DNA of 25,519 nt, taken from IMG/VR virus record IMGVR_UViG_3300044262_000078, positions 1 to 25,519 of that record. One strand, given 5' to 3'. The number at the start of each line of letters is the position of its first letter. The first letter of the stretch is position 1. The notes below the pieces were generated by a model, which searched no databases, was not told the DNA's origin, and was given only the letters and a program-made list of their open reading frames with translations. The stretch is from a virus. Lineage: Duplodnaviria > Caudoviricetes. Positions 16,334 through 24,500 of this stretch are shown here, in pieces. The position numbers were made by a program, and so were the translations under genes.

Positions 16334-16367
16334 TTCATCTATTTGCTTTTTCGACGAGGAGCAAACC

Positions 16368-16520
16368 ATGACCGCATCCGACAAAGCCCACCTGCGCACT
16401 GCCGCCGAACGCGGGGAGTGCACGAAGGAGTATTCCGAGCAGTTGATCCGCGAGGCGGAACAGCGGGAGGCCGCGGAGCGCCAGCGCGCCCAAACCGTGG
16501 CGGACAAATGGGCACACTAG
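16368..16520 (+). CDS. Small hypothetical protein (50 aa), absent from ORF track
   Basis: GAGGAG RBS; MTASDKAHLRTAAERGEC...KWAH. Confidence 0.65.
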   Translation: MTASDKAHLRTAAERGECTKEYSEQLIREAEQREAAERQRAQTVADKWAH

Positions 16521-16522
16521 CC

Positions 16523-16990
16523 ATGGCCGTCATCCAGCTCAGCGACTACCGTCCCCGCCGCCCGCTGCCGGATCACCATCAGCGTATGGAAGAGGCCCGC
16601 GAAATCCTCCGCGACGCCATCGCGCGCACCATCACGGAAGACTACGCCGGCCTGCCGATCGTCACCGTCTCGCTCGCCATTGCCGAGGCCAACCGCGTAC
16701 TGGCCGAAGAGGGCAGCTTTGCCGACGCCGTCGAGGCCTCGGCGGCGGTGTTGCGGCGCGCGATGGCCGATATTGGTCGGTGCGCGGCCCTTTGGGAAAT
16801 GCGCTACCTCAAGGCCGCGCGCTTCAAGGTCGTATCCGCCGTGCTGCGCGAACGCTGGACCGCCGAGCACCGCCCGGCCGAGGATTATCACTACGCGGTG
16901 TGTCGCGCCCGTCGCGTTATCGATGGCGGCGGCTGCATCAGCATCGCGCTCTATCAGGCGCTGGGCGATCCGGGCGGGGAGGCGGCATGA
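16523..16990 (+). CDS. Hypothetical protein (155 aa)
   Basis: ATG right after the previous stop; VIQLSDYR N-terminus, GGEAA C-terminus with ATGA coupling. Confidence 0.7.
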   Translation: MAVIQLSDYRPRRPLPDHHQRMEEAREILRDAIARTITEDYAGLPIVTVSLAIAEANRVLAEEGSFADAVEASAAVLRRAMADIGRCAALWEMRYLKAARFKVVSAVLRERWTAEHRPAEDYHYAVCRARRVIDGGGCISIALYQALGDPGGEAA

Positions 16991-17292
16991 ACCACACCAT
17001 CCTCCGCGCCGCGCTCGATGCCCGCAATCCGGACTCGATCGCCAACTATCTCGCCTGCTACCGCAACCGCGAAGACCAGGCCCGCGCGCTGCTCGAAATC
17101 TTCTACGACTGCACCGCCGGCGAAGTGAAGCGCATCCACGCTTGGGCATCCGACTGGCTGAGCGAATCCGGCCACCAGGCGCTGCGCGCCCGCGGTGATG
17201 TGCGCTGGCAGGCCGTGAACACAGTGTACACCCTGGCCGCGCAGGCGATCCGCGAGGCGGGATTGGGGCGGTCGGCGGAGGTGCAGCCGTGA
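16987..17292 (+). CDS. Hypothetical protein (101 aa)
   Basis: GGAGG RBS, ATGA overlap. Confidence 0.7.
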   Translation: MNHTILRAALDARNPDSIANYLACYRNREDQARALLEIFYDCTAGEVKRIHAWASDWLSESGHQALRARGDVRWQAVNTVYTLAAQAIREAGLGRSAEVQP

Positions 17293-17387
17293 AGATCATG
17301 GCCACCATTCTCGATTGGTTACGTGCACTGGAATCGAGCCGCCTGCGTGCACTGGCCCGCAGGGTTGTCGCGGCGAGGGGCGAATGA
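17289..17387 (+). CDS. Very small hypothetical protein (32 aa)
   Basis: GGAGG RBS, GTGA and ATGA overlaps at both ends. Confidence 0.5.
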   Translation: MKIMATILDWLRALESSRLRALARRVVAARGE

Positions 17388-17575
17388 TGAACCGCTTGCT
17401 GGAATTCACGCGCCTGTTGCGGCGCCGGAAGGTTGAGCGCGAGGTGCGGTTCGTCAGCTGGGAGGAAGGCGACAAGTTGCTGCGCGACGGTTGGCGGCTC
17501 GCCAAAGAGGAAGACCGCAATCTACAGATCGGCATGGTGTATGTCGAACGGGAAATAAAACGAGGCGAACAATGA
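17384..17575 (+). CDS. Hypothetical protein (63 aa)
   Basis: GAGGGG RBS, coupled overlaps. Confidence 0.65.
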   Translation: MMNRLLEFTRLLRRRKVEREVRFVSWEEGDKLLRDGWRLAKEEDRNLQIGMVYVEREIKRGEQ

Positions 17576-17820
17576 CCGCGACGAAAGCCATTGTCGAGCG
17601 TGACCGCGAGCCGGTGATGATCGGCAACCACCTGGTGGTCTTCACACCGCACTACCTGCCGGGCGTCGGCCCGCGGGTGATGGTGGTCGACAGCTGCCCC
17701 GGCCCGCGCAACCTGTCGGCGGATGACGCGCGCCTGTTCGCCAGCCACTACAAACTCGCTGCCGACGAGGCCGAGGCGATTGCCAAGCGGGAACGGATGC
17801 GGCGGCGGGGGGCCGCATGA
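17572..17820 (+). CDS. Hypothetical protein (82 aa)
   Basis: GAGG RBS, coupled overlaps. Confidence 0.65.
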   Translation: MTATKAIVERDREPVMIGNHLVVFTPHYLPGVGPRVMVVDSCPGPRNLSADDARLFASHYKLAADEAEAIAKRERMRRRGAA

Positions 17821-18461
17821 AAGAGCGCCCTATTCTGTTTTCCGCTGAAATGGTCCGCGCCCTGCTGGATGGGCGAAAGACGCAGACGCGGCGCGTGGCA
17901 AAGCTAAACGCCGCTGGGCGAGTGAAGCTTCCGGGTTCACCCCATAACTGGCATTGCGAAGACCCAGATGCGGCGCTGGCTTGCCCATACGGCCAGCCAG
18001 GCGACCGGCTATGGGTGCGCGAGACTTGGCAACAATTCTGGAAAGAAGAAATACCGGCAGAAAGATACAGCCAGCAAGGCAGATCTGGAAGTCCATCAAG
18101 ACGGCCAGAGACAATGCGAGTTGTATATCGAGCCGACGGAGAAATTTCTCAGCATCCTGAATATGGCGAAGCTATTTGGCGTCCATCTATTCACATGCCC
18201 CGCTGGGCCTCCCGCATCCTGCTCGAAATCACGAATGTTCGTGTGGAGCGGGTGCAGGAGATCAGCGACCTAGATGCTCGCGCGGAAGGACTGGAAGCGC
18301 AGGCATCCGGTTGTGGTTGGCAGGTCGGAGACAAATTCCATAGCGGTCACAGCGTAGATTGTTTTTCTAAGTTGTGGGACTCCATAAACGCCGCCCGCGG
18401 CTTCGGCTGGGATGTGAATCCGTGGGTGTGGGTTATCGAATTCAGGCGGGCCGAGCCATGA
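17817..18461 (+). CDS. ASCH/PUA-like phage protein
   Basis: MKERPILFSAEMVRALLDGRKTQTRR, CPYGQPGDRLWVRETW, WRPSIHMPRWASR, NPWVWVIEF motifs. Confidence 0.8.
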   Translation: MKERPILFSAEMVRALLDGRKTQTRRVAKLNAAGRVKLPGSPHNWHCEDPDAALACPYGQPGDRLWVRETWQQFWKEEIPAERYSQQGRSGSPSRRPETMRVVYRADGEISQHPEYGEAIWRPSIHMPRWASRILLEITNVRVERVQEISDLDARAEGLEAQASGCGWQVGDKFHSGHSVDCFSKLWDSINAARGFGWDVNPWVWVIEFRRAEP

Positions 18462-18676
18462 TCGAATCCGCCATCATCGCCATCATCTGGATCGCCATCG
18501 GCTTCGCCGCCGGGATCGCTGTCAGCATGGAAATCGTGCGCCGAACCACAAAACCGCCGCAGGTGAATGTGCACATGGATATGGAGCTCATCAACGACGT
18601 CTGCCGGTCGCGCAACCTGGTGCTGGTGCCGCGCGGGCCTGAATGGGAACCGAAACCGGGGGAACGGCTGCAATGA
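18458..18676 (+). CDS. Small membrane-anchored protein (72 aa)
   Basis: ATGA overlap; N-terminal TM helix. Confidence 0.65.
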   Translation: MIESAIIAIIWIAIGFAAGIAVSMEIVRRTTKPPQVNVHMDMELINDVCRSRNLVLVPRGPEWEPKPGERLQ

Positions 18677-19008
18677 CCGACGAAATCCCCGAAAACTACA
18701 CCAACCTCGACCATGCGCTGCGCCGGTTCGAGGCCAGCGAGGCGCCCTTTTATGACGGCATGCGCTACCTCAAACAGGCCGTAGCCGATCTGCGTCCGCT
18801 GCTCTCGAACCGCGTGCAATATATGACCGCCAGGCGCGCGCTCAAGATCATCGCGGCGCAGCCGTGCGAGAGCGGCAGCGTGCAGCCGACCTACAGCGAC
18901 TGCGAAGCGGCCATCGCCGCGTCCGCCGGCGTCTTTTTCGCCGGCAACAGCAATGGCCGCTGCTGGCCCTGCTACGCCCGCCATGTCCTCAACGGAGGCG
19001 AACCGTGA
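18673..19008 (+). CDS. Hypothetical protein (111 aa)
   Basis: ATGA overlap; C-terminal CWPC. Confidence 0.65.
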   Translation: MTDEIPENYTNLDHALRRFEASEAPFYDGMRYLKQAVADLRPLLSNRVQYMTARRALKIIAAQPCESGSVQPTYSDCEAAIAASAGVFFAGNSNGRCWPCYARHVLNGGEP

Positions 19009-19211
19009 TCATCCTGCGAGGCAAGCCTGGCGAGACCAAGCACGTGGACAACCTCGGTCCCGGCCCGATCGAGATCCGCATCCTCGCCATCGAAAACGGC
19101 GAAGTGCAACTCGCCGTCGGCCCCGGGCCGCGCACAGCCCACGACGCCGAGGCCGACCGCCGCAGCTACCGCTGCACCGATCTGATGATGCTGCGCAAAC
19201 AGGCTGACTGA
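19005..19211 (+). CDS. Divergent CsrA/RsmA-like protein (68 aa)
   Basis: GGAGG RBS, GTG start; MIILRGKPGET...IEIRILAIENGEVQLAV follows the CsrA beta-strand pattern. Confidence 0.55.
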   Translation: MIILRGKPGETKHVDNLGPGPIEIRILAIENGEVQLAVGPGPRTAHDAEADRRSYRCTDLMMLRKQAD

Positions 19212-19224
19212 GAGAGCGCTGACT

Positions 19225-19494
19225 ATGACGCGAGAGACAGATCGTGCCGTGACGCCAATCGAAACAAAGCCATTGCCGGATAGCGCATTCTCAGCCTGCA
19301 AATGCAGGAAGTGCGGACACATCGACGCTTACCACCGCGCCGGATGTCCGAAGTGCTGCAAGCCAGGGCTAGGCATAGCCATGAATGCACGTCTCTCCGA
19401 TATGGAGTACGGCTATTTCATGCCGCCCGACGGCAAATATGTCTCCTGTGCAGAATTGTATCTGCAAGGTTACAGAGGCGAAGGCGAAACCTGA
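19225..19494 (+). CDS. Zn-ribbon hypothetical protein
   Basis: CRKCG...CPKC. Confidence 0.55.
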   Translation: MTRETDRAVTPIETKPLPDSAFSACKCRKCGHIDAYHRAGCPKCCKPGLGIAMNARLSDMEYGYFMPPDGKYVSCAELYLQGYRGEGET

Positions 19495-19495
19495 C

Positions 19496-19636
19496 ATGCT
19501 CCTGCCCGCCCACCACCGCCTTATCCAGCGCATCGCCCGGCGAATCGTCGCCGAGCACCGGGCGCGGGCGGTCGTTGCGGACAGTGGCAACTATCAGCGC
19601 AAGCGGCGCATGCAGGAGCCGAGAGAACGGAAATGA
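19496..19636 (+). CDS. Small basic protein (46 aa)
   Basis: ATG just after previous stop, ATGA overlap with next gene. Confidence 0.5.
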   Translation: MLLPAHHRLIQRIARRIVAEHRARAVVADSGNYQRKRRMQEPRERK

Positions 19637-19896
19637 ATTGCGACTACTGCCACAGCCCATTCACCAAAACCAGACCCGGCCACCGGTTCTTCTCCGACGC
19701 CTGCCGTGCCTCCTGGCACCGTGAAACCGCCTGCCCCGGAAAGATCACCAGCCTGCGCGCCTTGAAGCGCGGCGGATGGGCGGTAACGGTGCACTACCCA
19801 CAGCCGCCGGACGGGCTTAATATCGGGTCCATGGTGCGGCTCGAAAGTGATGCTATTCCGCGTTCAAACGCGAACCACGGCGATAAAAGGGATTAG
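19633..19896 (+). CDS. Zn-finger-like small protein
   Basis: CDYC..PF......RFFSDACR pattern. Confidence 0.65.
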   Translation: MNCDYCHSPFTKTRPGHRFFSDACRASWHRETACPGKITSLRALKRGGWAVTVHYPQPPDGLNIGSMVRLESDAIPRSNANHGDKRD

Positions 19897-19899
19897 ACC

Positions 19900-20316
19900 A
19901 TGGCACCAGTACTGACGATAGCGAACACGTCCTTGGACGGCACCGGAGAGGTCGGCCGCGCATTGATCTTCACGGCGCCTGACAGCGGCTGCCCGTGGCC
20001 GCGTATCGAGATCAGCCCGCAGGGCACCAATATAGCAAACCTCGTGCGGATCTTCTCGAACAACGGCGGCGACCCGGAAAACCCGAAGAACAACAAACTG
20101 ATTGCCGAGATCGGCACGCCTGCATGGACGAAGAAAAAAGACCCGGAAGCGGATGGCCCAAAGACGGTGCTGGATTTCTCATACGCCGGAATTCTGCTAC
20201 CCGGATACAGGATTTTCGCCACCCTTGCGCACGCGACCGCCGGCGGGCTTCTAGTCGAGGCAAAGCAGAAAACGAAGCTGGAAGCGAGAATTAAGATATT
20301 TGACGGTGGTGGCTAA
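19900..20316 (+). CDS. Hypothetical beta-rich protein
   Basis: AAGGGA RBS; ANTSLDGTG, GTNIANLVRIFSNNG, NNKLIAEI. Confidence 0.65.
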   Translation: MAPVLTIANTSLDGTGEVGRALIFTAPDSGCPWPRIEISPQGTNIANLVRIFSNNGGDPENPKNNKLIAEIGTPAWTKKKDPEADGPKTVLDFSYAGILLPGYRIFATLAHATAGGLLVEAKQKTKLEARIKIFDGGG

Positions 20317-20317
20317 T

Positions 20318-21922
20318 ATGCGCGCCGCCCTCTACGCCCGCTACAGCACCGACCGCCAGTCGGAGTCATCGATCGATGACCAGGTGCGTGTATGCGAGGA
20401 GTATGCCGCCCGGCATGGTATGACGGTCGTGGCGCGGCATGCGGATGAAGGCATCAGTGGTGCGGCGATCGGCAATCGGCCGGCGTTTGGGCGGCTGATG
20501 GACGACGCGGCGGCCAGGGCTTTCGATGTGATTCTGGTGGTCGATCTGTCGCGCCTGTCGCGCTCGGCCGGTGACCTCAACAAGACCATCGACCGCATGG
20601 TGTTCGCCGGCGTGCGAGTGATCGGCGTTTCCGATGGTTATGATTCCAGCCGGCGCGGCCACAAGCTGCAGGCCGGGGTGCAGGGTGTGACCGGCGAGGC
20701 CTTCCGAGAAATGACCCGCTACCGCACCCATGAGGCACTACTGAGTCGCGCGGCGAGCCAGCACTTTGCGGGCGGCCGCGCTTATGGCTACCGCTCCGAA
20801 CCGGCCGGCAGCAGGCGCCGGCTCGTAGTCTGCGAACCCGAGGCGGCCATCGTGCGCGAGATCTTCGCGCGGTTCGCGGCGGGCGAATCGATCCGCGAGA
20901 TTGTCTACGACCTCAACGCGCGCCAGGTGCCGGCCCCTCGCGGCAGCACCTGGGCGGTGTCCACCCTGTTCGGCAGCCCGCGCAAGGGCAGCGGTATCCT
21001 CAACAACGAACTCTACGCCGGCCGCTACATCTGGAACCGCTCCCAGTTCGTGAAAGACCCGGACACCGGCAAGCGCCACCGCCGCGAGCGCGACCGCTCG
21101 GAGTGGATCATCACCTCCATACCCGGCCTCGCGATCGTCGAGGAGTCAATCTGGTCGCAGGCCGCCGCCAGACTGGCGCGGCGCAAACCGATCAAGACCG
21201 GACGTAAGCCGAGCTACCTGCTCTCCGGCATCCTGCGCTGCGGTATGTGCGGCGGGGCCTACGTGGTCGTCTACCGCAACCAGTACGGCTGCGCGGCCCA
21301 CAAAGACCGCGGCCCGGCCGTATGCCGAAACGGCCTGCGGGTAGCCCGGGCCGATATCGAGCGGGAGATACTGGCGATGGTAAAGCGCGACCTGCTCTCG
21401 CCCGAGGCGATACAGGCCTTCCGCGCCGAGCTCGCCCTCGAGATCCGCGCCGCCCGGCGGGAAGACCATGCCAAGCCCTTACATGCCCGGATCGAACGCC
21501 TCGATGCGGAGATAGGCCACCTGGTGGAGGCCATCCGCACCGGCAGCGGCTCCCGCTCGCTCCTGGCCGCCCTGGAGTCCGCCGAGGCCGAAAGCGACCG
21601 CCTGCGCGACGACCTGGCCGCCCTCAGCGCGCCCGTGCCGGAGATCATCCCTGGCGCGCTGGACGAATACCGGAAGATGGTGGAAAGTCTTGAAACCGGC
21701 GCCATAGGCGCCCCGGAGGCCACCCGGGCGGACCTGGCCGAACTGCTGGGAAAGATACCCCTGACGCCCGTACCCGGGCGCCAGGAGATCGAGGCACAAC
21801 TGGAAGGGGCCTACACCGGCCTCCTGAGAATAGCCACAGGAGGCCGTATGCAGACAACGGTGGTAGCGGGGGCAGGATTTGGCAGTTATCTGCGCTTCCG
21901 AGCCACCGGCAAGGTGGTGTAA
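20318..21922 (+). CDS. int: Large serine recombinase (phage integrase); start may be up to 6 codons earlier
   Basis: YARYSTDRQ catalytic Ser, DLSRLSR, GGRAYGY, ILNNELYAG, LLSGILRCGMCG zinc ribbon, coiled coil. Confidence 0.95.
   Translation: MRAALYARYSTDRQSESSIDDQVRVCEEYAARHGMTVVARHADEGISGAAIGNRPAFGRLMDDAAARAFDVILVVDLSRLSRSAGDLNKTIDRMVFAGVRVIGVSDGYDSSRRGHKLQAGVQGVTGEAFREMTRYRTHEALLSRAASQHFAGGRAYGYRSEPAGSRRRLVVCEPEAAIVREIFARFAAGESIREIVYDLNARQVPAPRGSTWAVSTLFGSPRKGSGILNNELYAGRYIWNRSQFVKDPDTGKRHRRERDRSEWIITSIPGLAIVEESIWSQAAARLARRKPIKTGRKPSYLLSGILRCGMCGGAYVVVYRNQYGCAAHKDRGPAVCRNGLRVARADIEREILAMVKRDLLSPEAIQAFRAELALEIRAARREDHAKPLHARIERLDAEIGHLVEAIRTGSGSRSLLAALESAEAESDRLRDDLAALSAPVPEIIPGALDEYRKMVESLETGAIGAPEATRADLAELLGKIPLTPVPGRQEIEAQLEGAYTGLLRIATGGRMQTTVVAGAGFGSYLRFRATGKVV
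21861..21881 (-). other. Putative attP identity block: 3' end of an initiator tRNA-Met, inside int
   Basis: Minus strand CAAATCCTGCCCCCGCTACCA = partial T loop, T stem 3' side, acceptor 3' side and ACCA, similar to E. coli tRNA-fMet CAAATCCGGCCCCCGCAACCA. Confidence 0.8.
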
Positions 21923-21963
21923 CCGGCCGCGGGTTTCAGCGGCTTTATCGGAAGGAGGTACTT

Positions 21964-22221
21964 ATGAAGAAGTCAATTCTTGCGGTTGTGGTGGCGCTCA
22001 TCATGGCGGCGTTTGCGGCCGCTCCGGCGCGTGCGGTGGAGCCGATCGCGGCCGGGGTTATTGCCATGGTCGTCATCGGTCCGCAGGTGCTGGCCGACAA
22101 GGTGCGTGACGGAACGCTGCCGGCGGCGCCGCCGGTGTGCCGGATGGAGAAGGTGCAGGCCGCCAATGGCAACTACTTCTACGAGGTGGTGGCCAGGGAC
22201 AACCCGAGTAACTGCCGTTAG
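21964..22221 (+). CDS. Small exported/membrane protein (moron-like)
   Basis: AAGGAGG RBS; MKK + hydrophobic + ARA signal peptide; two Cys. Confidence 0.75.
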   Translation: MKKSILAVVVALIMAAFAAAPARAVEPIAAGVIAMVVIGPQVLADKVRDGTLPAAPPVCRMEKVQAANGNYFYEVVARDNPSNCR

Positions 22222-22277
22222 CACCGGCCTCGAGGCCGCCAGCCTTTGATCAGGGGCTGGCGGCAAAAGGAGGTTTT

Positions 22278-22481
22278 ATGGGTGGTTTTCTGGCTTTGGT
22301 GTTGATCGTGGTCGGTCCGGTGGTGGCGATGGATCAGTACCACAAGGGCAACATTCCGGCGGTTCAGGATGCCTGCCCGGCTGGCATCGTGCAGTCTGCC
22401 ACCGGCAGCTACCATCGGCGCTATGTGGGGTTTGATGGTTCCTGCAACTACAGCGAGTCGCTGAGCCACGACAAGCTGTAA
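22278..22481 (+). CDS. Small membrane-anchored protein (moron-like)
   Basis: AAGGAGG RBS; N-terminal hydrophobic segment; two Cys. Confidence 0.7.
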   Translation: MGGFLALVLIVVGPVVAMDQYHKGNIPAVQDACPAGIVQSATGSYHRRYVGFDGSCNYSESLSHDKL

Positions 22482-22486
22482 CCTCT

Positions 22487-22521
22487 GCCCGGCCGTTCCA
22501 GCGGCCGGGCTATTTTTTTTT
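22487..22521 (+). terminator. Intrinsic terminator at the convergence of the two arms
   Basis: GCCCGGCCG-TTCCAG-CGGCCGGGC-TA-T9. Confidence 0.85.
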
Positions 22522-22593
22522 CGGTGCGATGCGGTACAACTCCCACCGCAGCATCACCGCCAGCACGATCGCGGCGAGGATGCGGGCAGCCAC
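22510..22593 (-). CDS. Possible 27-aa single-TM peptide
   Basis: GAGGTG RBS, GTG start, MAARILAAIVLAVMLRWELYRIAPKKK. Confidence 0.4.
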   Translation of the reverse strand: MAARILAAIVLAVMLRWELYRIAPKKK

Positions 22594-22595
22594 CG

Positions 22596-22649
22596 GTTAC
22601 CACCTCGCCGTGACGGCAACACCGGCGAAGGCGTCGCCATCGCTGTCGA
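22596..22649 (+). repeat. 54-bp direct repeat, copy 1 (duplicate of the 3' end of gene 24502..25041)
   Basis: 50/54 identical to 24501-24554, last 32 nt identical. Confidence 0.95.
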
Positions 22650-22660
22650 AAGTTAGCATT

Positions 22661-23785
22661 TCAGGCCTCTGTGTAGTACCCGCCAGTGGATTTTCGGACG
22701 TGGTAGTAGTAATTCGGGTCCGCGCCTCCCTTTGTCAGATCGTATTGCAGGTCTGAACTTTGTGCGGCCGGACGGGTGATATATCCGCCGATGAATGTGT
22801 TGGCTACGGAGGATGCGTCACAGATGATGTTCTTGTCAGCGTAGGTATTAGAAGCCAGGTAGGAACCTGTAAAGACGTTGTGAGACGCCGCCCCACTACC
22901 GCCGCCGACACCTATGTCAACCAGCGTAGCGTGCTCTTCGATGTCAAGCCCGACAAAATTAAGCTTTGAAGCGCCCCGCAACATAAGCCCGGTACTTCCG
23001 GCGCCGGACGTTCCCAGGCACAAAGCCCCGCACTGTGTGAGTGTGATCAGGTTGGTTCTTTGGGTCAGCGCCGGGGCTTCTATCTTCCAGCCGATAGTGC
23101 TGGCGGTATTCTGAAACACCATCACATCGGAATAGTGGCTGTTGCCGACGTTGAACGGTTCGTCGTCTTCGTCGATCAGGATTCCGTTACAATCGATGTC
23201 CATAACGATGTCACGGGCCGATACGTGGTAGGCGTCGCGGATCACGAGCCCCCAGTAACTGGCAGAAGCCGGCCCGTTGGAAATTCTAATGTTGTTGAGA
23301 ATCGGTTTTGTGAGGCCCGTAAAGGCCGAACCATCTATAAGCACGACGTCACCAGCCAGGGTCGCTGGGCCGTCGATCATCAAGTCCCGAATCCCGGCGC
23401 CATGGCCATAAATCCGGAGGCAGTTGTCGGCGTCTGTCGGCCCCGTCCAATAAAGGCGGGTTCCACGGCAAGTGGAATACGACCCCCGCTGTCCGGCGCC
23501 GGCCCCTGAAACTATCACACCTTCAGGTAGGATCAGCGTACTGGTCCCGAGGTTCACGGCACCGGCCGTCACCTTTATTTCACCGCCAGTATCTGCGTCG
23601 GTCAGGGCCGACGCGGCATTAAGCAGCGCCGTGCCTGCTTGTGCATCTGTTCTCCCGTCAATCACGTAGTCGTAAGGCGCGAATCGATATCCCTTTATCC
23701 GTCTGCTGTTCCCGTCGCGGACGACATATATCTCATCGCTCCTACCGAGCTCTGTCAGTTCTGCGCGGCTACTCAAGATGGCCAT
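22661..23785 (-). CDS. Right-handed beta-helix (pectin-lyase-like) protein; tailspike/depolymerase-like
   Basis: ALLNAA...GGEIKVTAG...TLILPEGVIVSGAG, IRDLMIDG, repeated N/G-rich beta turns; GAGGAG RBS. Confidence 0.75.
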   Translation of the reverse strand: MAILSSRAELTELGRSDEIYVVRDGNSRRIKGYRFAPYDYVIDGRTDAQAGTALLNAASALTDADTGGEIKVTAGAVNLGTSTLILPEGVIVSGAGAGQRGSYSTCRGTRLYWTGPTDADNCLRIYGHGAGIRDLMIDGPATLAGDVVLIDGSAFTGLTKPILNNIRISNGPASASYWGLVIRDAYHVSARDIVMDIDCNGILIDEDDEPFNVGNSHYSDVMVFQNTASTIGWKIEAPALTQRTNLITLTQCGALCLGTSGAGSTGLMLRGASKLNFVGLDIEEHATLVDIGVGGGSGAASHNVFTGSYLASNTYADKNIICDASSVANTFIGGYITRPAAQSSDLQYDLTKGGADPNYYYHVRKSTGGYYTEA

Positions 23786-23940
23786 CAGGAACTCTCCTCT
23801 ATTTCCAGAGCGCCGCCGGATTGGATACCGTTTTCCTCGAAGTGAATGGCGATGCCGCCGCTTTCATCCGTGAGAAAGTTGTAGTATTTATCCTGCATGG
23901 CGGCTATAGGAATAATCCAGATACCGTTGACCTGATACAC
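23785..23940 (-). CDS. Small acidic protein (51 aa), absent from ORF track
   Basis: GTG 3 nt after upstream stop, TGATG coupling to the beta-helix gene; FLTDESGG..I.FEENG. Confidence 0.55.
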   Translation of the reverse strand: MYQVNGIWIIPIAAMQDKYYNFLTDESGGIAIHFEENGIQSGGALEIEESS

Positions 23941-23943
23941 GGA

Positions 23944-24471
23944 TCAGCCCTTCTTTAACTGGAATTTCCACTGGAAATTAGAGGCCGCGATAGTCCCGAC
24001 CGGGGTGCAAAGAACAAGCCCGCCGCCCGCCGGAATTGTCAACCCACCACCGAACGCACCCCACGTCCTCGGCAGCAGAACGTTTGCATTATTGAACCGG
24101 TGGGTGATGAACGTGCCTGGCAACGCCGCCAGCAGTTCTCGGCGAAGCTCGATTTCTGTGTCCTGCGCCAACGTGCTCCCGGAAAACGCCGTTCCGTACA
24201 ATGTCGCAAGATCGGTGGCATGGCTTCGATACTGGAACCCAACACTCGACCCGAAGAAATTCTCGTCCCATAGAAGAATCACGTCTAAAACAGACTTGTT
24301 CCTGATCTGCATACAAAACGTTTCCGCAGCACCAACGGCGGTATTGTAATAGAACTCGCCGTAACGGATTTTTGTGTCGACGACGGACTGGCCAACCGCC
24401 AGAACGTGTGGTGTGAGACCATCATCTGAATCCCGCTCGTAAACAACACTGTCTCGCGTCTGCTTTGACAT
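23944..24471 (-). CDS. Hypothetical beta-rich protein (175 aa)
   Basis: AGGAGA RBS; lower GC than flanks. Confidence 0.75.
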   Translation of the reverse strand: MSKQTRDSVVYERDSDDGLTPHVLAVGQSVVDTKIRYGEFYYNTAVGAAETFCMQIRNKSVLDVILLWDENFFGSSVGFQYRSHATDLATLYGTAFSGSTLAQDTEIELRRELLAALPGTFITHRFNNANVLLPRTWGAFGGGLTIPAGGGLVLCTPVGTIAASNFQWKFQLKKG

Positions 24472-24500
24472 GATATCTCCTATATCATTGTATTAACTCA

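Noticed and set aside
17880-18380. Lower-GC patches inside the ASCH-like gene as intron or insertion
   Set aside because: Frame is intact with conserved motifs throughout; ordinary phage mosaicism is sufficient
21861-21881. Complete host tRNA / prophage boundary
   Set aside because: Similarity stops in the T loop, no anticodon or D arm follows, and genes to the right remain phage-like
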